In this document: in pieces, positions 1 through 6,910 of the stretch | How the letters are laid out: every line of letters starts with the position of its first letter | How positions within the stretch are numbered: the stretch's first letter is position 1 | Origin: a virus | Lineage: Duplodnaviria; Heunggongvirae; Uroviricota; Caudoviricetes | IMG/VR virus record: IMGVR_UViG_2695420380_000013 | DNA length: 10,347 nucleotides | Strand: one strand, 5' to 3' | Position numbers and translations under genes: made by a program | Notes under the pieces: generated by a model | Databases searched by the model: none | Told to the model about the DNA's origin: nothing | Seen by the model: only the letters and a program-made list of their open reading frames with translations

Positions 1-31
1 TACACTAAATCAGTAAGTTGGCAGCATCACC
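1..31 (-). mobile_element. IS1 terminus (IRL end; body of the element lies left of the window)
   Basis: nt 1-31 tacactaaatcagtaagttggcagcatcacc is the reverse complement of the IS1 left inverted repeat (GGTGATGCTGCCAACTTACTGAT...). The same 31-mer recurs at 4097-4127, where it terminates the internal IS1 fragment. Confidence 0.85.
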
Positions 32-117
32 CCGCCACAGAACAATTATTGCTTTTGCCGTTGATGACAATAAAGTTTTTATCGCAGTGTCAGGGCGTGG
101 CGGATATCAAACTTTGG

Positions 118-1200
118 TCATTTTCTCTGGCTGATCTTTACCGGATAACCATCCCGAAGATCAATTAAGTGCTCCGGTTCAGAAGCAAACCATGCATAAG
201 ATCCCCACGCCAATTCTGGTATTGCCTTTTTAAAAGGCAGAGCACTTCTGTCCATAAATGCCGTAAGGAATGCAAGATTTTTCTCGCTGAACCCAGCGTC
301 AATAGCCAAATGAGTGAGAGTAACTTTTCGTTCCCTGTTTATAGGCCCATCTGTCGCAACTACTTCAGTGAAAACTACAAGCATGTCCGAACCCGTTCGG
401 TCCTCTCCCAAATCAATCAAAATAATATCTGGAAGTGCTTTTGAGGCATCAATATTCAGCCCCAATGCTTTTGCCAATACATCATCCTGAGCAACAACTT
501 TATTCCCGGATTCAGACAACCAGAGCACAGTTGGATTCTTAAGAAAATTAGGAGCAAAAACTTCGATGACGGCCTTAGCTATTGTACTTGACGGGCCCGG
601 AGCTAAAGTTCTCTTCTCTCCATTTGGGAAAGTGACGACTACGGCATCAGCAGCAATCACTGCCCCTGATTTCAATAAACGCAACCTAGCAAGAGCGGCT
701 TTGTTCAAATGATTTTCTTGCCAGGAACTTATTGCACTCAGCAGCGAATCTCCTTCAAGCCCGGCATCAAAGAGTGCTGCAAAAGAGCGATTCAAACTGT
801 AACGAGGACGAGAGGATGTGGTGGGTATACCTTTACGCTCAACAATTGCATTGCAAGGTATTAGGCCATTTTTTATAGTTTCATCACGTATTGGCTCACG
901 CGTATTTTCCGCATACCATGCATCAGCAGGCCTTATCTTTTGTTTAGAGAAAGTCATCTTTACCCAGCTTTCTCTGGACGCATCATCAGTAAGAGCAGCC
1001 TGCGAATCTCCCATACTTACAACCTGGCTGGGCCTTATCCATCGCCCCAGCCCCTCAACCGCACCAGCATAAAACATGACAAAAATTGTTTTTGCAGCTA
1101 TTTCCCGAATTAAATATCCACGATTCTCAGTCCCTTCAGGGAAAATTAATTGTAATCTTTCCCGGATAACATTCAATGGGGGAACAACAGGCAGATTCAT
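118..1200 (-). CDS. Candidate Type II restriction endonuclease (360 aa), partner of the upstream methyltransferase; family not established (possibly BsuBI/PstI-like)
   Basis: Long minus-strand ORF whose ATG (1200-1198) overlaps the methyltransferase stop (1199-1197) as ATGA, indicating translational coupling in an M-then-R operon. No ATPase or methyltransferase motifs. AT-rich like the methyltransferase gene. The endonuclease call rests on context; the family guess is from memory of the N-terminal region and is unverified. Confidence 0.55.
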   Translation of the reverse strand: MNLPVVPPLNVIRERLQLIFPEGTENRGYLIREIAAKTIFVMFYAGAVEGLGRWIRPSQVVSMGDSQAALTDDASRESWVKMTFSKQKIRPADAWYAENTREPIRDETIKNGLIPCNAIVERKGIPTTSSRPRYSLNRSFAALFDAGLEGDSLLSAISSWQENHLNKAALARLRLLKSGAVIAADAVVVTFPNGEKRTLAPGPSSTIAKAVIEVFAPNFLKNPTVLWLSESGNKVVAQDDVLAKALGLNIDASKALPDIILIDLGEDRTGSDMLVVFTEVVATDGPINRERKVTLTHLAIDAGFSEKNLAFLTAFMDRSALPFKKAIPELAWGSYAWFASEPEHLIDLRDGYPVKISQRK

Positions 1201-3029
1201 GCAATCATCACTCCATAGAAACCAGCGATAGTTCTCTCAATAATCCGTCTGTGGACGCCAGCATCAATTAACGATTGAATCTCCATCACCTGCTCCAGAG
1301 AAGGCAACGGGATTGAATTCAATTCATAGGCCGAAACAGCAACACTTCCGCTTATACACCTGAACGCCCGATCGACAACATGCGAATTAAGTAGCATATC
1401 AATAACATCAGGGCGAACCGCAGAGAACAATCCGTTTGAATATACAATATTAATATGGTTTTCAACTACTACGCCACCAGTTTCATCTATAAATCCCTGA
1501 GGTAAAATTGCCGCTAAAATCCTTCTGTCCTGTTCCTTCGATGTTGTCCGCTGAACAAGCACACATTCAGATTTTGTCACAAGGAAACCCTGTTGTGGGG
1601 TTATATCGATATAGGGAACATGATTTTTTCTGTCTGCACTAAAACGAAAACCAGCTGAAGTTATTGATTCCGCCCAGACTAATGGGTAGCTATTTTTTCC
1701 TTTCGTCGTACGCAACTGCGACTTAAATCGATTCCAGACTAACTGACCTGTAGAGACTGAGTATCCCAGATCAGCTAAACGCGTAGACATCTGTTTTAAT
1801 ACATTAAGAAAACAGGCATCATCTTTAACGCGTGGCAAAAGCCACGTTGCTCCACCTTTTTCTATATCAACATTACCTATTTTCTCAATTTTTGCTTTGT
1901 TCAACCCCTTAGGGACAAGTGAGGATACCTGGGCCCGAACTTTATGTTCTCCCGCCTTGAATGCTGTCAACATTGTTTCCTGGAGAACATCGTCAAAGAC
2001 CCCATCCCTGTCAGTGACGAAATCAAGGGCATACGGAGTAGTTTTTTCGGTCAAAAGGGTTCGCAGCGCGGTGAAATACTGCCCACCAAGAAAAGAAGTT
2101 GGCGTAAGAAATGCAATAACTCCTGTTTTCTCTTTAACCATGCGAACAGCTAAGTCGGTGAACAATCCATATAGATTTGCATGACCAAATAACGAACGAG
2201 AATATTTTTCTCTCGTTTTAATATCGAGAGTGACACGTCCGTAAGGCGGATTCCCTACCACAAGATCATAACCAGAAAATTTATCTTGCTGAAGCGCATC
2301 AGCAACAATAATTGTATCTTCAGGCAATCTACGTTTTACCTTTACACATAGTGGCATTAGTACAGATTCGAGCAATACCAAACTCATCCAAGCCGCAAAT
2401 GGATCGATTTCTATCCCCTTTAAACGACGACTGATTCTCCTCAACATCCATTCAGGGGAAGACCCCTTGTCTTTTTTTAACATTCGAATGGCTACTGGTG
2501 CCAAAAATGCACCGCCACCACACGCAGGATCAATAACCGATGCATGAGAAAAATCAACACCAGACTTTTCAGCCAGGTCCAAGAGACGCGCTACCAAAGG
2601 TGGGGGGGTATAGTAAGCCCCCAATTCCGAACGGTAAGCGGATGGCAGCATTACCGTATAAATTGACCCAATCAGATATCCAGCGTCCTCCGCCGGAAAT
2701 TGAGCAATAAGCTCACCTGTTCGTTCAGCGAGCTCGCGTGCATCACATGGAATGTCTTCTATGTAAACAGTGTGCGGTACTGCCCTCATTTTAATGCTGC
2801 TTTTTTGCTTTTTTGCAAGGGTATCCCAATATGCAGCTACGATGCTGAAGCAGTATGAGCGGGCATGCATCAACCTTGACTGCCCGGTTTTGTAATTGCC
2901 CGCATAACCTTTGGCCATGGCTTTACAAGTTTGATATCTTTCCAGATTAGAAAACTCATTATCTGTAAAAAAATCAAAATGTTGCACATTCATAATGTAA
3001 AATCCTAATGTATCAAACATGCGGGCCAT
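1197..3029 (-). CDS. N6-adenine-specific DNA methyltransferase, gamma-like motif order (610 aa from the first ATG; an alternative start at 2993 has a better-placed AGGA)
   Basis: Translation contains GAYYTPPPLVARLL (motif X-like), VIDPACGGGAFL (AdoMet-binding motif I) and VVGNPPYGR (catalytic NPPY motif IV), followed by a ~350-aa C-terminal region consistent with a target-recognition domain. Single uninterrupted ORF. Confidence 0.9.
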   Translation of the reverse strand: MARMFDTLGFYIMNVQHFDFFTDNEFSNLERYQTCKAMAKGYAGNYKTGQSRLMHARSYCFSIVAAYWDTLAKKQKSSIKMRAVPHTVYIEDIPCDARELAERTGELIAQFPAEDAGYLIGSIYTVMLPSAYRSELGAYYTPPPLVARLLDLAEKSGVDFSHASVIDPACGGGAFLAPVAIRMLKKDKGSSPEWMLRRISRRLKGIEIDPFAAWMSLVLLESVLMPLCVKVKRRLPEDTIIVADALQQDKFSGYDLVVGNPPYGRVTLDIKTREKYSRSLFGHANLYGLFTDLAVRMVKEKTGVIAFLTPTSFLGGQYFTALRTLLTEKTTPYALDFVTDRDGVFDDVLQETMLTAFKAGEHKVRAQVSSLVPKGLNKAKIEKIGNVDIEKGGATWLLPRVKDDACFLNVLKQMSTRLADLGYSVSTGQLVWNRFKSQLRTTKGKNSYPLVWAESITSAGFRFSADRKNHVPYIDITPQQGFLVTKSECVLVQRTTSKEQDRRILAAILPQGFIDETGGVVVENHINIVYSNGLFSAVRPDVIDMLLNSHVVDRAFRCISGSVAVSAYELNSIPLPSLEQVMEIQSLIDAGVHRRIIERTIAGFYGVMIA

Positions 3030-3089
3030 AACATCTCATGGTGGCGCATAGCAAACTGGCCCGAAGAATATCACGCACCAAGTCGATCT

Positions 3090-3103
3090 CATAACCCGTT
3101 ATG
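3090..3103. promoter_or_regulatory. Perfect 6-2-6 palindrome CATAAC-CC-GTTATG about 60 bp upstream of the methyltransferase start; candidate operator
   Basis: Read directly from the sequence (cataacccgttatg). Position between the upstream small ORF and the methyltransferase start codon. No recognisable sigma70 -35/-10 pair could be placed confidently nearby. Confidence 0.25.
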
Positions 3104-3243
3104 ACAATAAATCTTTGTAGCTGAACTCACTTGGTGATTTGTCAATCATTCCTGGCCTCCAGTTCGTCCTGAATCTCTTTATCGAGTTCACCGTATTTGT
3201 TAGTCCTCATCACTCACGACTTGACTTCCAGAAATAACCTTGA

Positions 3244-3600
3244 TTATTCGGGGCTATATTTTGTCACCCTGCGTATCCGCGCTTTCGCATTACGCTCAAT
3301 CTGGATTAGCTTTTCTATATTTTTTCGCCTTTCCCGCTCCTCCTGGCGCAAGAGCCTTACATCATCTGCCAGTCTGGTTTCTCTTTTCGCCACAGAGAGC
3401 ATCCAGTCAAATGGCTCCACAACTGCACCGCAAATTTTACAGCGGACCTGACGCTCTTTTTCGTCAACCCGGACAGAGGCGTGATGGCAATATGGTCTTT
3501 CCGATGGCTCATAAAGAAAATTAACCTGATTACGAGGGTTATCCTCTTTTACCGGAAATAAAACAATATTGCTTAACTCATCTTCTGGTTTTATTTCCAT
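3244..3600 (-). CDS. Hypothetical small protein (119 aa) with a zinc-ribbon-like CHH...CxxC motif and a basic coiled-coil-like C-terminus
   Basis: ATG at 3600 is preceded by a strong Shine-Dalgarno (AAGGAGAGGAGC then ATG). Translation MEIKPEDEL...YCHHASVRVDEKERQVRCKICGAVV...RLLRQEERERRKNIEKLIQIERNAKARIRR. Same strand as, and directly upstream of, the methyltransferase. The ORF track extends it to 3657, but that start lacks an RBS. Confidence 0.6.
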   Translation of the reverse strand: MEIKPEDELSNIVLFPVKEDNPRNQVNFLYEPSERPYCHHASVRVDEKERQVRCKICGAVVEPFDWMLSVAKRETRLADDVRLLRQEERERRKNIEKLIQIERNAKARIRRVTKYSPE

Positions 3601-3657
3601 GCTCCTCTCCTTTGATGCGAATGCCAGCGGTAATTGAAGCCTGATAGCTAATTTCAC

Positions 3658-3780
3658 TCACAGTACCGCCTCCTGAAAATCACCCTGATAGAAAGCCGGT
3701 ACACGCTGCATAACTTCACTCTTCCGGCACTCGCGACAGATTATGTTCTGATGTCTGTCGTAGCGGCGTATTTCTCCGTC
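3658..3780 (-). pseudogene. 3' remnant of a paralog of the hypothetical gene at 4200-4771, cut off at the N-run/IS1 junction
   Basis: Encodes DGEIRRYDRHQNIICRECRKSEVMQRVPAFYQGDFQEAVL, which matches the C-terminus of the 4200-4538 ORF (DGEIRRYDRRQNIICSECRKSEAMQRVLAFYQGNFQKVLL). The DNA at 3658-3780 aligns with 4200-4322 at roughly 85-90 percent identity. The upstream part is replaced by NNNNNNNN plus IS1 interior sequence. Confidence 0.6.
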
Positions 3781-3788
3781 NNNNNNNN
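3781..3788. other. Run of 8 N (unresolved bases or scaffold join) exactly at the junction between the phage-gene remnant and IS1 interior
   Basis: Literal n characters in the sequence. Confidence 0.95.
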
Positions 3789-4127
3789 GCCAGCGCTGGC
3801 GCGATTTAGCCCCGACATAGCCCCACTGTTCGTCCATTTCCGCGCAGACGATGACGTCACTGCCCGGCTGTATGCGCGAGGTTACCGACTGCGGCCTGAG
3901 TTTTTTAAGTGACGTAAAATCGTGTTGAGGCCAACGCCCATAATGCGTGCAGTTGCCATGTTTTACGGCAGTGAGAGCAGAGATAGCGCTGATGTCCGGC
4001 AGTGCTTTTGCCGTTACGCACCACCCCGTCAGTAGCTGAACAGGAGGGACAGCTGATAGAAACAGAAGCCACTGGAGCACCTCAAAAACACCATCATACA
4101 CTAAATCAGTAAGTTGGCAGCATCACC
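3789..4127 (-). mobile_element. IS1 fragment: IRL end plus insA region and 5' part of insB; truncated on the insB/IRR side, with an apparent internal deletion inside insA
   Basis: Ends with the IS1 IRL reverse complement at 4097-4127. The minus-strand translation contains the InsA N-terminus ([41 protein letters not shown]) and InsB residues ([52 protein letters not shown]). Relative to IS1 as I recall it, about 85 bp between ...GGCAACTGCA and CGCATTATGGGCG... are missing, which would frameshift insA. Only about 339 of 768 bp are present. Confidence 0.85.
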
Positions 4128-4199
4128 ACAGTGCTGAACTTAATTATTCAGATTTTGGATTATGCTTTCTCTTCACGAAGTTCCGATTGTTAATTTGGC

Positions 4200-4771
4200 T
4201 CACAACAGCACCTTCTGAAAATTACCCTGATAGAAAGCCAGTACACGCTGCATAGCTTCGCTCTTCCGGCACTCGCTACAGATTATGTTTTGACGCCTGT
4301 CGTAGCGGCGTATTTCTCCGTCTGGTAATGACCAGATAAGGTCAGGATCAACCACAGATGGTTTCTTCAGATTTGCCCTTGAGAGTTTTTTGCGGGCGTT
4401 TTGCCAGTCCTTACGCGCCTGTTCAGACGGGAATAACCCGTAACCAGAGTTGTATACATCGCCACTGGCAACCAGCTCTCTGGCGAGAACACTCATCAGA
4501 TATCTTGTCGCACCTGTCTTGGCTTCCAGTTGCCGCAACGTCTCGCGACCGCTCAGACGTACAAGTTCAACAACCTGCCCTTNNNNNNNNNNNNNNAGTT
4601 GTATACATCCCCACTGGCAACCAGCTCTCTGGCGAGAACGCTTATTAAATATCTTGTCGCCCCGGTTTTAGCTTCCAGTTGTCGTAACGTCTCGCGCCCA
4701 CTCTGGCGTACGAGTTCAACAACCTGCCCCTTAATTTTTTCCCGCTCTTCCTGTGTAAATACTTTTGCCAT
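4200..4771 (-). CDS. Hypothetical phage protein (gene X), reading frame interrupted by a diverged tandem duplication and a 14-N run
   Basis: ATG at 4771 (MAKVFTQEEREKIKGQVVELVRQSGRETLRQLEAKTGATRYLISVLARELVASGDVYN...), then the N-run, then a second copy of the same segment (RQLEAKTGATRYLMSVLARELVASGDVYNSGYGLFPSEQARKDW...NFQKVLL) ending at 4200. If the duplication were collapsed, a continuous protein of about 148 aa would result. No family recognised. Confidence 0.45.
4448..4732. repeat. Tandem duplication of a ~135-bp segment (4448-4582 and 4597-4732), copies roughly 88 percent identical, separated by 14 N
   Basis: Both units begin agttgtatacatc(g/c)ccactggcaaccagctctctggcgagaac and end ...gttcaacaacctgccc(c)tt. 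About 16 scattered mismatches, so not a simple read-level duplication. Confidence 0.75.
4583..4596. other. Run of 14 N at the junction of the two tandem repeat units
   Basis: Literal n characters. Confidence 0.95.
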
Positions 4772-4786
4772 AAGCGCCCCCGGCAA

Positions 4787-5512
4787 TCACTTTTCCGACA
4801 CAATACGACCGGAGGAATCGACAATCTGTCGAACAATATCCCGGTGCTTGTTCAGCTCCCGCAACGCGGCGCAGACACGCTCCCACTTCTGGACATGACT
4901 TTTCGCCCGACGCAGTTCGCGGTTTGCCATATGCAGCGATGGTAAAACCAGGTCATCCGCTTGCGTTTCGGTGAACGATGGCAACGACTGCACAATGTCC
5001 GCCACAGTTTCTGTTTTAATTTCTTCCTGTGTTGCAGCTTCCTGTACCGGTAACGCAACACCTGCTGGCTGAGGAAAGACTTTACCATCCGTTTCCGCTA
5101 TGGATGCGGCTTTCGGCTCTGCCGGTAAATCAGCGCCCGGTATGCAGTACCGAAATTTACCGCCCTGATTCACGCGAATCAGACGCCCTTTGCTGATTGC
5201 CATGGCCAGCGATGAATTCGCCCGGCGGGAGGTAATCCCGAACATCAGTGCCAGCTCATCCGCCGTTTGTGGGCCATGTTGTTCAATCGCCTCAGTCAGC
5301 ATTTGCGCTGTCACTTTCGGTACCGGTGACACTGGTTCACTTTCACCAGCCTGAATCAGCCACCACATCGAACCCTTGTTATCCGCTTCACCACGGCGCT
5401 TCAGTTTCCACAGTTCGTTGACCGCATCTTCACGGCTGATTCCAAGGCGGGACGCCACCACATGTGAAGAGGCTCTTTTCAGTGCTTTCAGTGCGTCAAA
5501 TACAGTTTCCAT
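4787..5512 (-). CDS. Prophage protein (241 aa), DUF1627/YdaW-like, immediately downstream of the DnaC-like gene
   Basis: ATG at 5512 with GGAGG 8 nt upstream. Translation [41 protein letters not shown]... with a second similar helix-rich segment ([28 protein letters not shown]). Position after the DnaC-like gene matches Rac-like prophages. Family assignment is from memory and not verified. Confidence 0.55.
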   Translation of the reverse strand: METVFDALKALKRASSHVVASRLGISREDAVNELWKLKRRGEADNKGSMWWLIQAGESEPVSPVPKVTAQMLTEAIEQHGPQTADELALMFGITSRRANSSLAMAISKGRLIRVNQGGKFRYCIPGADLPAEPKAASIAETDGKVFPQPAGVALPVQEAATQEEIKTETVADIVQSLPSFTETQADDLVLPSLHMANRELRRAKSHVQKWERVCAALRELNKHRDIVRQIVDSSGRIVSEK

Positions 5513-5533
5513 TAAAACATCCTCCAACAAAAA

Positions 5534-5824
5534 TTACTTCACAACTCCCGGAAAGCTGACATTTGAACGCCAGCTATCCCAGTTAAACGTCACCCACCGA
5601 CAACCGTTCATGGTCATGCGGTCCATAATCCTCTCACCAAGAAGCGTGCTCATTGCGGCATGATTCAGGTTTGTTAACATCCCGACACTGCACAGTGATG
5701 CTGTCCGGCGATCAATTATCTGGTGCAATACCACCTGCTCGTTTTTCGTCTCCCGCTGAATGCCTATTTCATCCAGGACCAGCAAATCAACCCCGCAAAG
5801 CTCCTGTAAAAATTTTTCACCGGA
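5534..5824 (-). CDS. DnaC-like replicative helicase loader, C-terminal part only (5' portion lies in the 593-N run)
   Basis: Translation ...LLVLDEIGIQRETKNEQVVLHQIIDRRTASLCSVGMLTNLNHAAMSTLLGERIMDRMTMNGCRWVTFNWDSWRSNVSF closely parallels the E. coli DnaC C-terminus (Walker B LLVIDEIG, NQIVDRR, GMLTNSN, LGERVMDRM, FNWDSYR). Stop at 5534-5536. Confidence 0.85.
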   Translation of the reverse strand, partial: SGEKFLQELCGVDLLVLDEIGIQRETKNEQVVLHQIIDRRTASLCSVGMLTNLNHAAMSTLLGERIMDRMTMNGCRWVTFNWDSWRSNVSFPGVVK

Positions 5825-6417
5825 NNNNNNNNNNNNNNNNNNNNNNNNNNNNNNNNNNNNNNNNNNNNNNNNNNNNNNNNNNNNNNNNNNNNNNNNNNNN
5901 NNNNNNNNNNNNNNNNNNNNNNNNNNNNNNNNNNNNNNNNNNNNNNNNNNNNNNNNNNNNNNNNNNNNNNNNNNNNNNNNNNNNNNNNNNNNNNNNNNNN
6001 NNNNNNNNNNNNNNNNNNNNNNNNNNNNNNNNNNNNNNNNNNNNNNNNNNNNNNNNNNNNNNNNNNNNNNNNNNNNNNNNNNNNNNNNNNNNNNNNNNNN
6101 NNNNNNNNNNNNNNNNNNNNNNNNNNNNNNNNNNNNNNNNNNNNNNNNNNNNNNNNNNNNNNNNNNNNNNNNNNNNNNNNNNNNNNNNNNNNNNNNNNNN
6201 NNNNNNNNNNNNNNNNNNNNNNNNNNNNNNNNNNNNNNNNNNNNNNNNNNNNNNNNNNNNNNNNNNNNNNNNNNNNNNNNNNNNNNNNNNNNNNNNNNNN
6301 NNNNNNNNNNNNNNNNNNNNNNNNNNNNNNNNNNNNNNNNNNNNNNNNNNNNNNNNNNNNNNNNNNNNNNNNNNNNNNNNNNNNNNNNNNNNNNNNNNNN
6401 NNNNNNNNNNNNNNNNN
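5825..6417. other. Run of 593 N (gap or masked segment) covering the 5' part of the DnaC-like gene
   Basis: Literal n characters. ORF-track entries crossing it are artefacts of translating N as X. Confidence 0.95.
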
Positions 6418-6560
6418 AGAAATATGATTCACACAACGCTGGTTGTTCGTGCCGCTTACCGGGAGCAACCAGGGGTTTTCAAAATTCCGGTCCGGCCCAA
6501 AAAACGTCGTCGCTCGCTGAACAAATTCCGTTCCCGCTTTCCCGGTCGCCGCCAGGTATC

Positions 6561-6910
6561 NNNNNNNNNNNNNNNNNNNNNNNNNNNNNNNNNNNNNNNN
6601 NNNNNNNNNNNNNNNNNNNNNNNNNNNNNNNNNNNNNNNNNNNNNNNNNNNNNNNNNNNNNNNNNNNNNNNNNNNNNNNNNNNNNNNNNNNNNNNNNNNN
6701 NNNNNNNNNNNNNNNNNNNNNNNNNNNNNNNNNNNNNNNNNNNNNNNNNNNNNNNNNNNNNNNNNNNNNNNNNNNNNNNNNNNNNNNNNNNNNNNNNNNN
6801 NNNNNNNNNNNNNNNNNNNNNNNNNNNNNNNNNNNNNNNNNNNNNNNNNNNNNNNNNNNNNNNNNNNNNNNNNNNNNNNNNNNNNNNNNNNNNNNNNNNN
6901 NNNNNNNNNN
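6561..6910. other. Run of 350 N (gap or masked segment) covering the 3' part of the O-like replication gene
   Basis: Literal n characters. The 143-bp island at 6418-6560 between the two runs is open in two minus-strand frames, so the true reading frame and gene boundary cannot be decided. Confidence 0.95.

Noticed and set aside
169-1072. Plus-strand ORFs 169-444 and 818-1072 inside the endonuclease gene
   Set aside because: Antisense to a much longer ORF that is translationally coupled to the methyltransferase. Their translations are low-complexity with no RBS support.
1897-2184. Plus-strand ORFs 1897-2184 and 1944-2153 inside the methyltransferase gene
   Set aside because: Antisense to an ORF carrying canonical methyltransferase motifs. 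No independent support.
3197-3524. Plus-strand ORFs opposite the 119-aa zinc-ribbon ORF
   Set aside because: No RBS and repetitive serine/leucine-rich translations, whereas the minus-strand ORF has a strong AGGAG Shine-Dalgarno and is co-oriented with its neighbours.
1-4127. 31-bp direct repeat at 1-31 and 4097-4127 as a possible phage att site or excision repeat
   Set aside because: The repeat is the IS1 inverted-repeat terminus and continues into recognisable IS1 interior at 3789-4096, so it is transposon sequence rather than an attachment site.
4323-4331. ggtaatgac at 4323-4331, matching the first 9 nt of the IS1 IRR, at the position homologous to the IS1 junction in the paralog
   Set aside because: A 9-nt match is too short to separate from chance, and the following bases diverge from IS1. 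Noted because of its position but not called.
4358-5088. Several overlapping ORFs on both strands across gene X and the DUF1627-like gene
   Set aside because: They overlap better-supported minus-strand genes in other frames or on the opposite strand, and have arginine/serine-rich translations typical of off-frame reads of GC-rich coding DNA.
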